64,000 bases of DNA from positions 64,001-128,000 of the forward strand of contig CAWAUM010000007.1 in assembly GCA_963785235.1 (NCBI GenBank), written 5' to 3'. This document shows, one piece after another, positions 61,733 to 64,000 of this stretch (positions within the stretch are counted from its first letter, which is position 1; each line of letters starts with the position of its first letter). This DNA is from an uncultured delta proteobacterium. GTDB taxonomy: Bacteria; Desulfobacterota; Desulfomonilia; UBA1062. The notes beneath the pieces were generated by a model. That model had not been told where the DNA came from and searched no databases. It saw only the letters and a list, made by a program, of their open reading frames with translations. Both the position numbers and the translations under genes were made by a program.

Positions 61733-62125
61733 ATGCCGGAGATTCGCGAATTGATGGAACTCGCTTCCCTGGGTGTAGAGATTCTGGCCGTGGTTATCAT
61801 GGTTTCCTTCATCGTCATCGGGACCACGCGATGGGTAGTTCAATCCACGAGGAAGCTCGGAGATGCCCCCGTGGAGAAGGTCAGAATTGCCTACGAGGGG
61901 TATCGCCTCATGCTCGGGAAATCGATGCTTGTCGGGCTCGAGCTCCTTGTGGCAGCCGACATCATCCGTACCGTGGCCCTCGATTTGACCCTGATAAATA
62001 TCGAACTGCTGGGGGCTCTCGTGGTGGTGCGGACCTTCCTGGGGTGGTCGATTGTTGTTGAGCTTGAGGGCCGCTGGCCTTGGCAGAAAAAGAAGGAATC
62101 AGGCTCCGCTACGGGTGTGGAGTAG
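61733..62125 (+). CDS. DUF1622-family membrane protein
   Basis: YRLMLGKSMLVGLELLVAADIIRTV, VVVRTFLGWSIVVELEGRWPWQ. Confidence 0.88.
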   Translation: MPEIRELMELASLGVEILAVVIMVSFIVIGTTRWVVQSTRKLGDAPVEKVRIAYEGYRLMLGKSMLVGLELLVAADIIRTVALDLTLINIELLGALVVVRTFLGWSIVVELEGRWPWQKKKESGSATGVE

Positions 62126-62200
62126 GCAGAAGGAACTGCACCTTGATGTGAGAAGGCGAGAGAGAGACAAACGAGAGCACACAGAATAGAGAGGACTGCA

Positions 62201-62593
62201 ATGGAAGATATGCTAACGAGATTCTTTGAGAACCTGGCCGGCCGGGTGAGCGGGCCCATGAAATTCCGGTTGGTCCTCCAGCCGCTCATGGCAATCATTT
62301 TTGCCATCAAGGACATAAGGAAGGACGCCCGTGAAGGGCAACCGGCCTATTTATGGGCACTGTACACCGGTGCGGGGCACCGGCGAGACATTATGAAAAG
62401 CGGATGGAAGTCGGTGGGCAAGGTGTTCGTCCTCGCCATTGTCCTCGATGCGGTCTACCAGTATATACAGATCAGATGGTTCTACCCGGTCGAGGCCATG
62501 CTGGTGGCATTCATCCTGGCGATCATCCCCTACGTCGTGATCAGGGGTCCTATAAGCCGCCTCATGCCTAAAAAAGGAGGAAGCTATGAATGA
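62201..62593 (+). CDS. hypothetical membrane protein
   Basis: GPMKFRLVLQPLMA, three hydrophobic segments, operonic position. Confidence 0.75.
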   Translation: MEDMLTRFFENLAGRVSGPMKFRLVLQPLMAIIFAIKDIRKDAREGQPAYLWALYTGAGHRRDIMKSGWKSVGKVFVLAIVLDAVYQYIQIRWFYPVEAMLVAFILAIIPYVVIRGPISRLMPKKGGSYE

Positions 62594-63035
62594 AGAGAAC
62601 AATAACCAGACACCCAAGGATGCCCCGGGCAAGCCGGACAAACCAGGTGCCAAGCCCGGCGATGTCGCCACGAACCTCGCCATGGACCGGAACTACATGG
62701 CAGCTGAACGCACCCTCATGGCCTGGATCCGCACGGCACTTTCCATGATCAGCTTCGGGTTCACCATAGGCAAGCTCGGGCAGGTCGTGCGTTCCATTGA
62801 AGTGAAGAGTCTTCTTTTGGGTCATACCAGGATGTTGGGTGTGGAAAGCATTGCCTACTTTCTCGTTATCCTCGGGACCCTGGCGCTCCTCCTGGCCTCT
62901 ATTCAGCACCGGGTCCGCCTGTACCAGCTCTACGCCATGGGCCTCCGCCGCCAGATCAGCACCTCGTTCGTCGTGGCGGTGCTGCTGATCGTGGTGGGTG
63001 GTTTCGCGCTGAGCTCCCTGGTTATGGCGCTATGA
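62586..63035 (+). CDS. DUF202 (YidH) family membrane protein
   Basis: LAMDRNYMAAERTLMAWIRTALSMISFGF. Confidence 0.9.
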   Translation: MNEENNNQTPKDAPGKPDKPGAKPGDVATNLAMDRNYMAAERTLMAWIRTALSMISFGFTIGKLGQVVRSIEVKSLLLGHTRMLGVESIAYFLVILGTLALLLASIQHRVRLYQLYAMGLRRQISTSFVVAVLLIVVGGFALSSLVMAL

Positions 63036-63046
63036 AATACGGATCA

Positions 63047-63074
63047 CTGGATTCTAAGCTTCCGCGGGAATGGC
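63047..63074 (-). repeat. degenerate copy of the REP-like unit at 29043
   Basis: CTGGATTCTAAGCTTCCGCGGGAATGGC versus reverse complement of the 29043 unit CTGGATTCCCGCTTCCGCGGGAATGAC. Confidence 0.65.
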
Positions 63075-63181
63075 AATCTCGGATGGTTGATGGATGAACA
63101 CAAGAGATGACAACAGGTATGAATCAAGGGTATTAAGATTGAATAACAACAGATAAAATAGCAGAAGAAAAAGGAGTAGAT

Positions 63182-63973
63182 ATGAGAAGGATACTTTTTG
63201 GAGCTTTGATTGCAGCGATGGTCGCTCTGTGTTCCGGCATGCCTTTATATGCCGAAGAAGGAACGGACAGCGCCTGGAAGGTGTCAGTGACGCCCTATGC
63301 CTGGCTTATCGGCATGAAAGGCACGGTGAAGGTCAAGGGACGCAGTGCAGATATGAACATGAATATGAGTGATGTCCTCGACAAACTGGATGCTGCGGCG
63401 ACTCTTCAGATCGAGGCGGGCAATAGTAAATGCGGCGTGTTTGTCCAGCCGAACTATATGAAGTTGTCTGAAGACGCCACCGCCACGTTGCCCGTTTCCG
63501 GTGCCGAGGTCAAAGCCGAGCTCACCATGACGTCCACGTTCATTGAATTCGGCGGGTTCTCCCGGCTTGTGGACATCAAGCGAGCCACCGGAGGGCACAA
63601 CACCATCGACCTACTCGGGGGCCTGCGGTACTGGGACATGTGCAACGAGGTGAAGTTGAAAGTTCCCGCTGCAGAGCTTAGCCGCAAGGCTGATAAGGAC
63701 CTAAATCTTCTTGACCCGTTCGTGGGACTGCGCATGAAGGCATACATGGCTGACAAGTGTCCTATACAGCCTGAGAGCGGATATCGGCGGGCTGAACACC
63801 GGATCGTCTTCCAACTTCACCTACAACCTCCTGGCGATGTTGGGCTACGATGTGACCCAAACATCACCATGTTCGGCGGGTATCGTGTCCTGTACTTAGA
63901 CTATGGCGGGTCAGAGGCCGGCTTTGATCTTATGAGCCATGGTCCGTTTGTGGGGGCACAGTTTACATTTTAA
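63182..63973 (+). CDS. outer-membrane beta-barrel protein; probable compensating indels at ~63760-63850
   Basis: Signal peptide, W.VSVTPYAWL, LLGGLRYW, DPFVGLR, GGYRVL..DY, GPFVGAQFTF terminal Phe; out-of-frame DIGGL..GSSSNFTYN segment. Confidence 0.8.
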   Translation: MRRILFGALIAAMVALCSGMPLYAEEGTDSAWKVSVTPYAWLIGMKGTVKVKGRSADMNMNMSDVLDKLDAAATLQIEAGNSKCGVFVQPNYMKLSEDATATLPVSGAEVKAELTMTSTFIEFGGFSRLVDIKRATGGHNTIDLLGGLRYWDMCNEVKLKVPAAELSRKADKDLNLLDPFVGLRMKAYMADKCPIQPESGYRRAEHRIVFQLHLQPPGDVGLRCDPNITMFGGYRVLYLDYGGSEAGFDLMSHGPFVGAQFTF

Positions 63974-64000
63974 TTGTGCCGGATATATATTTGAAGAGTA

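Noticed and set aside
18536-63973. Many frameshifted genes (fusA, exeA, gspD, asmA, activator, activase, CoADR, BASS, aquaporin, last OMP) as pseudogenes or programmed frameshifts
   Set aside because: All are single-base indels with intact motifs on both sides, some in compensating pairs, spread over unrelated genes with no shared slippery motif; most consistent with sequencing/assembly error. Read polishing would decide.

Overview
Bacterial chromosome segment. Gene content and order suggest an anaerobic Desulfobacterota/deltaproteobacterium (inference). Bases 1-29019 are housekeeping: queA-tgt-yajC-secD-secF, a PanP-like PLP decarboxylase, rsmI, a sigma28-driven small gene, two HDOD genes, apgM-hom-lipA-lapA-HIT, a UDP-HexNAc dehydrogenase, ompA, murI, an EF-G paralog, a partial type II secretion cluster and radA. 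After radA and a set of palindromic/REP-like elements the window looks accessory: a long AsmA-family gene, an AAA+/DUF4143 ATPase, an orphan antitoxin, a GAF-GAF-PAS-PAS sigma54 activator and an inserted Phd/VapC module. A ~23 kb same-strand run then follows a sigma54 promoter. Its first half is the best candidate for an undescribed system: ABM-family protein, DszB(desulfinase)-like protein with the Cys/His/Arg triad, glycyl radical enzyme with an atypical GACVG Cys loop, PFK-fold protein with altered catalytic motifs, GRE activase, Cys-rich ferredoxin, 2-hydroxyacyl-CoA dehydratase/benzoyl-CoA reductase-like pair with no activator in view, CoA-disulfide/persulfide reductase-rhodanese, rhodanese, BASS symporter and outer-membrane channel. 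The second half encodes GH63, glucose dehydrogenase, aquaporin, a pentameric ligand-gated channel-like protein and DUF membrane proteins. The enhancer plus sigma54 promoter module of this run is duplicated with identical 115-bp spacing upstream of the AsmA gene. Many genes beyond ~19 kb are split by single-base indels that most likely are sequencing/assembly errors. No rRNA, tRNA or CRISPR array was seen. All family assignments come from motif recognition by eye; no database search was run.
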